Of a DNA stretch of 64,000 nucleotides, positions 46,588-60,400 are shown piece after piece. Location: contig CM059430.1 of assembly GCA_030390025.1 (NCBI GenBank), forward strand, positions 68,138,001 to 68,202,000, read 5' to 3'. Each line of letters opens with the position of its first letter. Position 1 is the stretch's first letter. The notes under the pieces were generated by a model that was given only the letters and a program-made list of their open reading frames with translations, did no database searches and had not been told where the DNA came from. This DNA comes from Squalus acanthias (Eukaryota). A program made the translations under genes and the position numbers.

Positions 46588-49558
46588 TGTATATCACATT
46601 CCTTCCTGCCTCCTCCTCACTTTGCAACTGCAGTAAGCATAAAGTTATAGATTTGTTTATGAACATAAACATAAACAAAGCGCAGTCTTGTGTGCAGAAA
46701 TTTTAGGCCGCCATGGCTCTGTAATATGCATTCGTTTGTATAAACTGGAAAATCAGGTTAGTGTCAGATATCTTATGAACCATTGGGACAGCTAGGGTTG
46801 TCTGGGTTGTTGAAACTAGATTATCTTCATTTGTCAACACTGACATTCGACGATACGTTATTGATTCATATCATGACGGCTGAGTGAGAAGAGCAAACAC
46901 ACTCGTGCATACTCCATGAATCCCTTCCAACATGAAATCATTTTATTGAAGAGGTAGTCCCTTTAAACGCGTACGAGATGCATCGCATGGTACAAGATGT
47001 TGTTTGATGAGTTGCACTTATAAATCTGCGCAATATTGGGACACTACAAGGGCTGATCCAGAAGTGAGACACGCCGTTGATGGAAAGGCGCTTGCAGGAT
47101 ACACTGGTCAGGAAATATTAAGTCCGCAGTACTTGATGTTCTGCATAGCTGAGTTAAAGGACGGAACGGCAGGCATTATAGGCCTTCAGTTTGCTGGTCA
47201 GCTCTCCCTGTGGGCACCCTTCGGCCTCGGGAGTTACCAAAGGGTCTTATCAGCCCTGTTATGTGCTTCAGTAGAGAATGCCGTGGAATGCCCTAATTAT
47301 GGTTGTAGCTCTTCTGTGCAGAACATCGATTTGTTTTGAGGTGTAATTGCACAGTTTCTGGAAAGATTGGATAGATCACTACGAAGCAGGGGAACGACGG
47401 AAAATTGTTAACTGACCTTGTGCAGGGTTTGTAGGAAACGAACAACGGAAGTGAACACTATTAAAATCATTAGATGAAACGCCAGGCTCTAAAGAGGAAC
47501 ACATTAAGGTTGAAATAATATAGAGAGTTATCAGAACGAAGGAAAGCAAACAAAGAAAGAAAGAACAATGTGGCGCCTTTCAAGGTATCAGGACCTCCCA
47601 AAGCGCTTTGCAGAAAATAAACTACTTTCGAAGCGTCACTGCTTTAAAGTAGGGAACCCGGCAGACAACTTTTACACAGCAAGATCCCACAAACTGCAAT
47701 GAAATAATGACAAGTTAATCTCTTTTAGTGATGTTGGCGGAGGGATAAATATTGACCAGGACATCCGTTCTTTCAATGGTGTAATGTGATATTTAACGTC
47801 CACCTGAGAGGGCATACAGGGCTCCTGCTTAATCGCTCATCCAAAAGACCGCATCTCCGAGAGTGTAGCACCCACTCAATACTGCACTGGACTTTCAGCC
47901 TAGATTATATGCTCAAAACTATGGCGGGGTAGTTGAACCCACAGCCACTGATCCAAGGTGACTGATTGCGTCGCCACCACATCTCAGACCTCTTTTACAT
48001 ACCTTGAATTTCATCTTGAAGTGTAATGGTTTTTATATGTAGAGTCAATAAGATACATTATCTGTGTTTCTGTATTTGGTGGGGTTGGTTCAATCCTGCA
48101 CTCTGTGAAGAGTCTTATTTTTCTTACGATGCTGTTTCTAACTTCTTATCCGAAAGACGGCACATCTGACAACGCAGCAGAACCAGTAGGGCAGTAGATG
48201 GGATTAATAAAGCAGTAGTGGTGAAGTGTTGGGCAGAATAAATATCCTTGGTGCACTAGAGAAAGCGAAAGCGACATGTCAAGGTACTTTGACATTAACG
48301 GCTACTAAGGCGTCAGGCTGCACTTTTCTATGACATGGCTCCGAAAAAAGCCTTTTTAAACTGATAAAATCTTCATTATTGGAATAACGTCTTACCCTCG
48401 GATTTTCTTTGAGAAATTACTGAAGTATTGTGTTATTTAAAATCGTCTAATATCGTTGAGACTTTTCTAAATAGTGAACTACATTCCACATAAATCTCCT
48501 CCATCAGGTTAGTCCAGATATAAGCAATCCATCCTCTCTCAGTTAATAATTCCCATCTATATGTTTACAGACTCGGCAGTGTGTTTAATCATTGGTCCAA
48601 GTCAAGCCTCATGTGGGAGATTTGAACATCTATCACATACCAATTCTTGACTTTTTTGTGATTGCCCTGTTGATTACAATGCTGTTTTCACGTGTACCTA
48701 TATTTATCTGGGATACATTTCTGGCCTTCTCGGAACAATTCCCAAATTGTCTGACTGAATGACTGATTGCGAATTATTTGAATCTCAGCTAATTGTACAC
48801 GGGATGAGAAGGGTTAGCTTTGGCTCTGGAAGAATGCTTGTTTGCGTTACGAAACAGGTTTATGGGTGTAAATACGTTCACGACTTCGATAAGGAGGTGC
48901 ACACATCTACAATGTAACCAGTGGGCTGCAGATAGATTGCACAGAAATGTCATCACTTTAAAATGCTACTACGATAGACTGGTCCAAATAGGAATAGATG
49001 TCATTAATCTACAGCAGTGACGGGGTTAATGAGTGGATAATTTACTACTCACGTACACAGCTAGATATGACTAGTCTGACCTTTTACCAAAACTGTGATG
49101 TGGTTTCTGTTGTACTGAAAACTGTTGGCCAACGTTTATTCTATTATCGCTGTTTACGAGTAGGTGAGGAAGAGGTTCTTAGCATCTCTCGGGGCATCAA
49201 TCGTTGAGTTTATTGCAACATAATGGAAACAAGTCTTGTGGTTTGCAACTGTAACTATTAAACACCACCTTTCAATATAGATGTAATAACTGACCTATTT
49301 TTATATACAGAAGGTTAATTCTGCCTCTTCGGCTGCGACCACGCACATGAACCATTGGATCTGCTCAGTGGCAGAGCTGGATTCTGAGGAAGGACAGGGA
49401 ATATTGAGGAGGCCTGTGTGGTTATTTCACTACAGGATTTCACAAAACTTCACATGGCCTATAAAGGTCAATACACATGGGGGTAATTTTTACTTTGTGT
49501 GATCTATAAAACAGGTGATACCAAATCGGAAGCCCGATTTACAGCTCTCCCAGTTTTT

Positions 49559-50300
49559 GGGCCAAAAATTCATCCCGCGACGCGAGAGTACGCACTGCGT
49601 ACTCTCGCGTATTCCCACTCCAACTGCCGGTTTTCTGCATGCCCTGCGCATGCGCTGAAAACCGGCACTTGGTCTTTTGAAAAGGGGGCGGTTCCTCGGT
49701 GCATCGCGTGCGCGCTACAGGCTGCGCGCACGCTGTGCACTTCGTGCTTTGGACGCGCAGGTAAGGACGGAAGATTTTAGAAATGGAAAAAGGAGGAGTA
49801 AGACCCACTTTTAACAAGGTAAGTAGTGAATTAAGTATTTTTTTGAATTTTTTTTAACAGGTATATCTTTTTTAGAGACTTTAAGACAGGTAAGTTTATT
49901 TTTATAACTTTTTAAAAGATTTTAAATTTTTTCAAAAATTTAATTTTTTATTTAAAATGGTTAATTTATTTAACTATACTTATTTTATTAATGTGATGGT
50001 TTTTTTTTAAATTTAGTTGAGGTTTAGCTGTTATTTTGGGGGGGTGTAAGATTCATAGATTTCACAGCACGTATGTGAAACTAATGAATGGAAGATGGTG
50101 TGCTGCCATTGGCTCTAAATGAGTCACGTGATCCCACAGCTCGCACAAATTCACTACGCCGGTGGGATACGCAAGCACTGCCCAGCTGATGTCTGGAACA
50201 TCAAGTTCGTGCGAGCTGGATCTGAAAAAGCACAAGCGGAGTGAGAGATCGCGGGGAAGCCTTACCCCCGCGGGAACAGAGCGAGATCAATTTCTGGGCC
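49559..50300 (+). mobile_element. MITE copy 3; TSD TTT
   Basis: GGGCCAAAAATT...AATTTCTGGGCC flanked by TTT on both sides. Nested in an older short palindromic element (~49480-50520). Confidence 0.88.
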
Positions 50301-50621
50301 TTTATTTCCATTGGGACAATCATTCTGCACTATCGCACATGGAGCAATATTCTTTGGGCTGTTGTGTAAAACGGGCGCTATCAAATTAGCCGTCCATTAT
50401 GCGCCACCCCGATTTTTCTTTCCATTACAGTCAATAGAAGTTAAATCGATCATGACATATAATGGCGGCCAATTCAATATCGCGAATGTTACAACACAGC
50501 CCAAAGTTAAAATTGCGTCCCATAGAAATAGTGCCCCAGATTCATTTGCAGCCCTGCACCTGTTCAATTTCACAGTGAGATGGGACTTTGATCTCTGGTG
50601 GACCAGTAACATAGAAACATA

Positions 50622-51364
50622 GGCCCAGAAATTGATCTCGCTCTGTTCCCGCGGGGGTAAGGAGCAGGCGCAATCTCTCACTCCGCGTTGGCTTTTTCAG
50701 ATCCAGCTCGCACGAACTTGATGTTCCAGACATCAGCTGGGCAGTGCTTGCGTATCCCACCGGCGTAGTGAATTCGTGCGAGCTGTGGGATCACGTGACT
50801 CAGTTAGAGCCAATGGCAGCACACCATCTTCCATTCATAAGTTTCACATACGTGCTGTGAAAGCTATGAATCTTACACCCCCCCCAAAATAACAGCTAAA
50901 CCTCAATTAAATTTAAAAAAAAACATCACATTAATAAAATAAGTATAGTTAAATAAATTAACCATTTTAAATAAAAAATTAAATTTTTGAAAAAATTTAA
51001 AATCTTTTAAAAAGTTATAAAAATAAACTTACCTGTCTTTAAAGTCTCTAAAAAAGATATATCTGTTAAAAAAAATTCAAAAAAATACTTAATTCACTAC
51101 TTACCTTGTTAAAAGTGAGTCTTACTCCTCCTTTTTCCATTTCTAAAATCTTCCGTCCTTACCTGCGCGTCCAAAGCACAAAGTGCACAGCATGCGCGCA
51201 GCCTGTAGCGCGCACGCGATGCACCGAGGAGCCGCCCCCTTTTCCAAAGACCAAGTGCCGGTTTTCAGCGCATGCGCAGGGCATGCAGAAAACCGGCAAT
51301 TGGAGAGAGAATACGTGAGAGTACGCAGTGCGTACTCTCGCGCAGCGGGATCAATTTTTGGCCC
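50622..51364 (-). mobile_element. MITE copy 4, inverted relative to copy 3
   Basis: Near-identical reverse complement of 49559-50300. Inserted in the (AAACATAG)n tail of a CR1. Confidence 0.88.
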
Positions 51365-54142
51365 ATTGAAACATAGAAAATAGGTGCAGGAGTAGACCAT
51401 TCGGTCCTTCGAGCCTGCACCGCCATTCAATGCGTTCATGGCTGAACATGCTACCTCAGTACCCCATTCCTGCTTTCTCGCCATACCCCTTGATCCCCCT
51501 AGTTGTGAGTATTATATCTAACTCCCTTTTGAATATATTTAGCGAACTGGCCTCAACAACCTTCTGTGGTAGAGAATTCCACAGATTCACCACTTTCTGG
51601 GTGAAGAAGTTCCTCCTCATCTCAGTCTTAAATGGCTTCCCCTTTATCCTTAGACTGTGACCCCTGGTTTTAGTTTTCCCTAACATTGGAAACATTCTGC
51701 CCGCATCTAATTTGTCTAAACCAGTCAGGATTTCAAACGTCTCTATAAGATCCCCCCTCATTCTTCTGAACTCCAGAGGATACAAGTTCAGTTGATCCAG
51801 TCTTTCTTGATATGTCAGTCTGGCCATCCCAGGAATCAATCTAGTGAACCTTCGTTGCACTCCCTCAATAGCAAGAATGTCCTTCCTCAAGTTAGGAGAC
51901 CAAAACTGCGCACAATACTCCAGGTGTGGCCTCACCAAGGCCCTGTACAATTGTAGCATCACCTCCCTACTCCTGTACTCAAATCCCCTTGCTATGAAGG
52001 CCATCATGCCATTTGCTTTCTTGACTGCCTGCTGCACTTGCCTTCCCACCTTCAGTGACTAATGTACCATGACGCCCAGTTCTCGTTGCACCTCCCCTTT
52101 CCCTAATCTGCCACCATTCAGGTAATAGTCTGCCTCCCTATTTTTACCACCAAAGAGGATAACCTCACATTTATCCACATTGTACTTCATCTGCCATACA
52201 TTTGCCCATTCACCCAACCTGTCCAAGTCACTCTGTAGCCTCCTAGCATACTCTTCATTGTTCACACTGCCTCCCAATTTAGTGTCATCCGCAAATTTGG
52301 AGATATTACAATTAATCCCTTCCTCCAAATCATTAATATATAATGTAAACAGCTGGGGCCCCAGCACCGAACCCTGCAGTACCCCGCTGGTCACTGCCTG
52401 CCATTCTGAAAAGTACCCATTTACTCCTACTCTTTGTTTCCTGTGTGCCAACCAGTTCTCAATCCACGTCAACACATTACCCCCAATCCCATGTGCTTTA
52501 ACTTTGCACACCAATCTCTTGTGTGGGACCTTGTCGAAGGCCTTCTGAAAGTCCAAATACACCACATCTACTGGTTCCCTCCCGTCCACCCTATTGGAAA
52601 CATCCTCAAAAAATTCCAGAAGATTTGTCAAGCATGATTTCCCTATCACAAATCCATGCTGACTTGGACCTATCATGTCGCCACTTTCCAAATGGTCTGT
52701 TATGACATCTTTAATAATTGATTCCATCATTTTACCCACCACCGATGTCAGGCTGACCGGTCTATAATTCCCTGCTTTCTCCCTCCCTCCTTTTTTAAAA
52801 AGAGGGGTTACATTAGCCACCCTCCACTCCTTCAGAACTGATCCAGAGTCTAAGGAATGTTGGAAAATGATCGTCAATGCATCCACTATTTCCAAGGCCA
52901 CCTCCTTAAGTACTCTGGGATGCAGACCATCAGACCCTGGGGATTTATCAGCCTTCAGGCCCATCAATTTCCCCAACACCTTTTCCCGACTGATAAGGAT
53001 TTCCCTCAGCTCCTCCCTCTTACCAGATCCTTTGATCTCTTTTATTTCCGGAAGGTTGTTTGTGTCCTCCACAGTAAACACCGAACCAAAGTACTTGTTC
53101 AATTGATCTGCCATTTCTTTGTTCCCCATTATGACTTCCCCTGTTTCTGACTGCAGGGGATCTACGTTTGTTTTTACTAACCTCTTTCTTTTTACATATT
53201 TATAGAAGCTTTTGCAGTCCGTTTTAATGTTCTCCGCAAGCTTCCTTTCATATTTTATTTTCCCTGCCCTAATCAAACCCTTCGTCCTCCTCTGCTGAGT
53301 TTTAAAGTTCTCCCAGTCCCCGGGTTTGCTGCTACTTCTGGCCAATTTGTATGCCACTTCCTTGCTTTTAATACTATCCCTGATTTCCCTTGTTAGCCAT
53401 GGTTGAGCCACCTTCCCTTTTTTATTTTTACGCCAGACAGGGATGTATAATTGCTGTAGTTCATCCATGCGATCTCTAAATGTCTGCCATTGCCCTTACA
53501 CTGATAACCCCTTAAATATTGCTTGCCAATCTAACCTCGCCAATTCACGCCTCATACCCTCAAAGTTGCCCTTATTTAAGTTCTGGACCATGGTCTCTGA
53601 ATTAACTGTTTCCTTCTCCATCCTAATGTAGAACTCCACCATACTATGGTCACTCTTCCCCAAGGGGCCTCGCACCACAAGATTGCTGATTAGTCCTTCC
53701 TCATTACACAACACCCAGTCCAGGATGACCTCCCCTCTAGTTGGTTCCTCAACATATTGGTTTAGGAAACCATCCCTTAAACACTCCAGGAAATCCTCCT
53801 CCACCGTATTGCTTCCAGTTTGAGTAGCCCAATCTATATGCATATTAAAGTCACCCATGATAACTGCTGCGCCTTTTTTGCATGCACCTCTGATTTCCTG
53901 TTTCATACCCTCCCCCACCTCACTACTACTGTTTGGAGGTCTGTACACAACCCCCACTAACGTTTTCTGCCCTTTGGTGTTCTGCAGCTCAACCCATATT
54001 GATTCCACATCCTCCAAGCTAATGTCCTTCCTAGCTATTGCATTAATCTCCTTTTTAACCAGCAATGCTACCCCACCCCCTTTTCCTTTTATTCTATCCT
54101 TCCTGAATGTTGAATACCCCTGGATATTCAGTTCCCAGCCTT
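51365..54142 (-). mobile_element. Relatively young CR1 LINE, most of ORF2 (endonuclease C-terminal part and RT) with few disruptions
   Basis: ORFs 53496..54065 (VYRPP, GDFN, SDH), 52059..53468 (RT motifs) and 51456..52049; (CTATGTTT)n tail. Confidence 0.95.
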
Positions 54143-54240
54143 GATTGAGGATAAAAACAAATAATGCTCGAAATACTCAGCAAGTCAACAGCATCTGTCC
54201 AGAGAAAAACTGAGTTAAAGTTTCAGGTCGTTGACTCTTC

Positions 54241-56688
54241 ATGGAAGAAGACGCAAAAAACTCCCGGAAATAGTGGAGTACCAAGGGTTTAGTGAGGATG
54301 AGGAACTGAAAGAAATTAGTATTGTAAAAAAATAGTAATGGAGAAAGTAATGGGACTGAAAGCCGATAAATCCCCTGCACCTGATGGCCTACATCCTAAG
54401 GTTTTGAAAGAGGTGGCTATAGAGATAATGGCCCAGAAATCCGGGTCGGACGCCTCCCGCGGGAGCAAGCCCCCGACCTGCACTTACATAGTGCGCCTGC
54501 CGTCGTGCTGTGGGCCCGCGTGGGATTCCGATCCTGGGCCTCCTTTGAGATGCCGGTGTGCAGTGCTCGCGTATCCCATTGGCGAAGCTAGTTCGCAGCA
54601 TCCCCTGTGTCCACGTGGGCCATGGGGAGCCAATCGGAGCAGGGAATCTCCATTAATAGATTTGACAGGAAGACCTGTCAAATCAATGAACAGAGATCGG
54701 CCCCAAAACCTAAGCAAAACTTCAAATACATTTTTTAAAAAACATCACATTTTTAAAATAACTATAAATTACATAAATTAACTATTTTAAACAAAAATTT
54801 AAATTTTTGAAAAAATTAATTAAAGTTTTTAACGGGGCTAAAAATAAACTTACCTTTCTTTAAAGTATTCAAAAAAGATAAACCTGTGGAAAAAATGTTT
54901 CAATTTTACTTAATTCACCTTTTACCTTGTTAAAAGCAAGCCTTGCGCCTGCTTTTTCCACGCGCAGCTGCTAGGGACTAACCCGCACGGAAAAACCTGT
55001 AAAAAAGGTGGAAGTTCCATGTCTACGCGCTGCCTCTCCGGCACACGCGTTTGACCTGTGAACCCCTTCAGTCAAGAGAGCAGAAGTTCCGGTTTCCAGT
55101 GTATGTGCAGTGCATACACGAAACCGGCACTTTCCTTGGCCTTACGGGTGAGTACAGAGCGCGTACTCACCCGTGGGGACCCGAATTTCTGGGGCAATGA
55201 ATGCATTGATTGTCATCTTTCAAAATTCCATAGATTCAAAACGGTTCCCACGGATTGGAAGGTAACAAATGTAAACCCACTATTTAAGAAAGGAGGGAGA
55301 GAGAAAACGGGAAACTACAGACTAGTTAGCCTGGCATCAGTAGTAGGGAAAATGCTATAATCTATACTTAAGAACGTTGTAGCAGGGCACTTAGAAAATA
55401 ATAATAGGATTCGGCATAGTCAACACGGATTTATGAAAGGGAAATCTGGTTTGAGCTTGTAACTAGCAGAATAGATAAGGGGAACCAGTGGATGTGGTGC
55501 ATTTAGATTTTCAGAAGGCATTCAATAAGGTGCCGCATAAGAGGTTATTAAACAATATTAGGGCTCTTGGGATTGGGGGTAATATAATAGCATGGATTGA
55601 GGATTGGTTAACCGGCAGAAAACGGAGAGTAGGAATAAACGGGTCATTTTTGGGTTGGCAGGCTGTAACGTCTGGGGTACCGCAAGGATCAGTGCTTGGG
55701 CCTCAGCTATTCAAAATCTGGATGAGGGGGCCAAATGTAATATATCCAAGTTTGCTGATGATACAAAGCTGGGTGGGAATGTAAGTTGTGAGGAGGCTGC
55801 AAAGAGGCTACAAGTGGATGTAGATAGCCTAAGTGAGTGGGCAAGAACATGGCAAATGGCATATAATGTGGAAAAATGTGAAGTTATGTACTTCGATGGG
55901 AGAAATAGAAAAGCAGATTATTATTCAAATGGTGAGAGATTGGGAAATGTTGGTATTCAGAGGGACCTGGGTGTCCTTGTACACGAATCACTGCAAGTTA
56001 ACATGCAGGTACAGCAATCATTAGGGAAGCAAATGGTAAGTTCGCATTTATTTCAAGAGGATTTGATTTTAAGCGTAAAGACGTCTTAATGCAATTATAT
56101 ATTGGACCTTGGTGAGACCACACCTGTAGTATTGTGTACAGTTTTGGTCTGCTTACCTAAGGAAGTATATACTTGGTATAGAGGGAGTGCAACAAATGTT
56201 CACCAAACTGATTCCTGGGATGGGGGTTTGTCCGATGATGAGAGATTGAGTAGACTAGTACTATATTCTCGAGAATTTAGAAGAATTGGAGGTGATCTCA
56301 TTGAAACATACAACATTCTTACAGGGCTTGACAGGGTAAATGCAGGGAGGATGTTTCCCCTGGCTGGGGAGTCCAGAACCAGATGTCACAGTCTCAGATT
56401 AAAGGGATCGGCCATTTAGGACTGAGATGAGGAGACTTTTCTTCAGTCAGAGCGTGGTCAATATTTGGAATTCTCTACCCCAGAGGGCTGAGGAGGCTCA
56501 GTCGTTGAGTATATTCAAGACAGAGAGCAATAGATTTTTGGACAGTAAGGGAATCTGGGGATAAGTGGATAGTGCAGGAAAGTGGAGTTGAGGTAGAAGA
56601 TCAGCCATGATATTATTGAATGGCGGAGTAGGCTCGATGGGCCGAATGGCCTACTTCTGCTCCTATTTCTTATGTTCTTATGTTATTG
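54241..56688 (+). mobile_element. Degenerate CR1 LINE inserted into a Penelope terminus; hosts MITE copy 5
   Basis: GLKADKSP.PDGLHP, LDFQKAF and KFADDTK motifs; tail TTCTTATGTTCTTATG. Confidence 0.9.
54430..55195 (-). mobile_element. MITE copy 5 (diverged subfamily); TSD AAT
   Basis: TIRs GGCCCAGAAAT...AATTTCTGGGGC, AAT on both sides. Splits a CR1 ORF2 at KEVAIEI|..AL. Confidence 0.85.
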
Positions 56689-56720
56689 TTTCGTCAGATC
56701 TGGCAAAAGTTAGAGATAAT

Positions 56721-57466
56721 GGCCCAGAAATTTGACTCGGAGGCTTGCCGCGGGGGTAAGGATCTTGTGCAATATCACACTCCGCGCCGGCCGTTGTGTT
56801 TCGGGCCCACAGGAACTTCGGGTCCTGGGCCTCTCCCTGGTGCCGGCGCGCAGTGTGTGCGTGTCCCAGAGCTGCAGTTAGTGCGATGCGACCTCTGGGA
56901 TCACGTGGGCCATGGAGAGCCAATGGCAGCAGACTATCTTTCATTCATAGATTTGACATGAGACCTGTCAAATCTATGAATACAAATTGCCCCCAAAAGT
57001 ACAGCTAAACCTCAAATAAATTTAAAAAAAAACCATCACATTAATAAAATAACTATAGTTAAATAAAGTAACCACTTTAAACAAAAATTTAAAATCTTTT
57101 TAAAAGTTATAAAAATAAACTTACCTTTCTTTAAAGTCTCTAAAAAAGATAAACCTGTTGAAAAAAATTTAAAATTATACTTAATTAACTACTTACCTTG
57201 TTAAAAGGGGGTCTTACGCCTCCTTTTTTCATGTGTAAATACTTCCATACTTACCCTCGCGTTGAAACCTGAAAAAAAACCTAAGTGCGCTGCGTGCGCA
57301 CTGCCTGTAGTGCGCACGCGGTTCACCTAGGAACCGCCCCCTACGCCATACCGGAAGTGCCGGTTTCCCGCGCATGCGCAGTGCATGCTGGAAACCGGCA
57401 CTTCGGGATCTAATACGGGTGAGTACACAGTGCGTACTCTCCCGTATTCGGCCGAATTTTTGGGCC
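56721..57466 (-). mobile_element. MITE copy 6
   Basis: GGCCCAGAAATT...AATTTTTGGGCC with the same internal motifs. Inserted in a Penelope element. Confidence 0.85.
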
Positions 57467-60400
57467 ATAATAGTTTTTAAGTAAGTACAGAGGCAAGGAA
57501 AGCAAGAGGAGAGAATGGAACAAAAGGTAAGGTTTGTGATAGAGTGGAAGGCAGCAATGATTAAATGACAAAAGGGATGATGTTGGAATGCATATGGAGG
57601 TGTTAATGGAACAAGAAAAGAAACAGAAGTAGGGACCAGAGGAGCTGTAAATGGCCCATAGCAGAATCATTACAAACAGCTTCTGTCCAAAAATGAGAGC
57701 GGTGGTTATCATCTGAAATTGTTGAACTCAATGTTTAGACCAGAAAGCTTAAAGTACTTATTCGAAAGAGGGGTTCTTCTCGAGCTTCATTAGAACAGTA
57801 TAGGAAGCAGAGGACGGAGAGGTCAGAGTGGGAGTGGGACCGAGAATTAAAATGACAAGCGACCGGAAGTTCAGGGTTACACTTGCAGAATGAACCGAGC
57901 TGCTCAACAAAGCAATCACCCAAAATGCGGTTGGGCTTCCCAATGTACAGGAGACTACATCATGAGCAGCGAATACAGATATTAAATTAAAAGAAGTACA
58001 TGTAAATCACTGCTTCACCTGGAAGGTGTATTTAGAGATCTCGACTGTGGTCAGGCAAAAGGGCAGGCATTGCATCACCTGTGCTTGCATCGGAAGGTGC
58101 CGTGGGAAGGGGAGCCGTGTTGGGTTGATTGAAGAATGTACCAGGATGTCCCTCCAGAATGCTGAAAGGGGATGGAAGGGGAGGCGAAGAAGTATTTGGT
58201 GGTGGCATTGCGCTGGATGTGTTGCAAATGGTGGAGGATGATCCACCATTGGAAGCTGGTGTGTGGGAAGTGAGAAAAAGGGAACCCTATCATGGTTCTG
58301 GGATGGAGGACAAGGATTGAGAGTAGAAGTGCGCGAAATGGAATTGTCACGGGGGAGGGGCCTGTCAACCATGGTGGAAGGGTGTCCTCAGTTGAGGAAA
58401 ATGGAAGACATGTTGGAATCATTGGTATGGAAAGTATCACCATCAGAACACATGCGATGGAAATGGAGAAACTTGGAGAATGATATAGAGTCCTTTCCGG
58501 AAGCAGGGTGAGAAGAATTATAATGAAGGTAGTTGTGGGAGTCAGTGGGCCTATAATAGATATTGCTCAACAGCCTATCCACAGAACTGGAGATAGGGAA
58601 GTCGAGGGAGGGAAGGCAAGATTCAGAGATAGACCATGTGAAGTCGAGGGAGGGTGGAAATTGGAAGCAAAGCTGATGACATTTTCCAGTTTGGAGCGAA
58701 AGCAGGATATGGCACCGATACAGTCATCAATGTACCAAAAGAAGAGGTGAGGGAGGAGACATGAGCAGGCCTGGAACAAATAATGTTGCACTTGTCTCAA
58801 GAAAAGGCAAACATAGCTAGGACCCATACGGGTTCCCATCGCAACCGCTTTTGTTTGAAGAAATTGAGTGGTGTGAATGGAGAAGTTGTGCAATGTAAGA
58901 AGTTCAGCCAGGTGGAGGAGTGCAGTAGTGGGTTGGGACTTGTTGGCCCTCCAGTCAAGAAAGAAGCAGAAGGCCCTCTGGTTGTCCTGGTGGGGTTGGA
59001 AATGTAAAGGGACTGGACATCCCTCCACAGATGCTACCTCACCGGCGGAGTATTTCCAGCATTTCATTTTCTTATTTCAGATTTCCAACTTCCACAGTAT
59101 TTTGCTTTGGCCCACGTTTGAGGATCTGTGACACAGCCACTCTTCCGCAAAGAACATGGGTATGGAATCAGGAATTCAGGTGTCAGGGAATTGGAGGTCA
59201 GGCTACCAGTCTCACCAGACTTAAATGTTCACCGGGAGTTTTCCAGATTGCTTGTCATAACTTTGGTGTATGATCTGCAGAATGCCCAGAGAAACAGCAC
59301 GATATACATTTAACTTAACCTTTCCTGGGGGAAATCGACAGGATATTAACTGATGCAGCAATATTGAAGTTAATGGAAAAGTAATTGCATACTGGAACAA
59401 CTATCTGTTTCAAATGAGAGATCAGCCAGCTAATCCAACAGGAATTCCATCAGTTAAAACAATAAATGGGATTTTCCTTGGGGGTCTCCCACTCTTTGGA
59501 GAAGATTCGTGCAACCCTCATTTACGCATATACAAGGGGTTGCCGGCAAACCTCCACAGAAGTGACGGCGATGGAGCAGTAGAAGCCACGTTGAAATTTA
59601 TACCGTATTTTGACATACTACTGACATTAGCATTCTGGCTGTCGTGGTGTTAAATTGGAGGAAGCAAAGGAATTACCGAGGAGGAGGAAGGAGAGACAAG
59701 TGTGCTACTATGAATACCACGTGGCTCCTACCAGCAGGCTGTCCGGAAATTATGTTATGTGACCCAGATGCAACTACCTAGACATGTTGGAAGACTCACA
59801 TGTTCTTTGACCGAGATTTGTCATATCCTGGAGCGTTACCTGAAAGCAGCATCCAACTGAGTGTAATATTAAAACGCTTCTCCTCCTTTGTCCATCTGTA
59901 TGGGTCTCCCTTTGCATGGTTCCACTTTTACCTATCCAGTTGTAGCTAAATAATCACCTGAAATGGTGTCTCTTCCCGCCACTGCATTATTAGCTCTGGA
60001 TTCTCATTAGGATCTACCCTTGCCCCCAGCCTATTTCTCATCTACATGAGCCCCTCGGTTACATAATCCAAAGATATTACGTGAGATTCCACATGTAGCC
60101 TGATGAGAATCAATTCTACTTCACCGTTACCTCTCTCGACCGTGTGTATGAGGTGATGGTGTTCCCATGCAACTGTTGCCCTTGTCTTTCTCAGTGGTGA
60201 TGGTCGTACGTTTAGGACGTTTTTCCGAATTTCCATAGGCATGATAGAAATTCGATTATGCTCTATCATCTTTTTTAGTTCTTGTATTTATTTGTCTCAG
60301 TTAGGTACCTATAAGGATTGTTAGCATATAACAGGTAACGACTGGGAATTCCATTAGTTCTGCTCCTGCTCATTCAACGTAACTTTACCAGAAGGGCAAC

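Larger units (their letters stand above)
54145..59110 (-). mobile_element. Degenerate Penelope element (RT and GIY-YIG remnants at ~57720-59000), split by a CR1 and a MITE
   Basis: VAMGTRMGPSY, WYIDDCIG, YYRPTDSHNYL and PVACHFNS motifs. The terminal repeat piece at 54145-54240 continues at ~56690 (ttcgtcagatctgg). Confidence 0.8.

Noticed and set aside
51456-54065. Active reverse transcriptase gene (longest ORFs in the window)
   Set aside because: Ordinary CR1 ORF2, 5'-truncated and broken into three ORFs.
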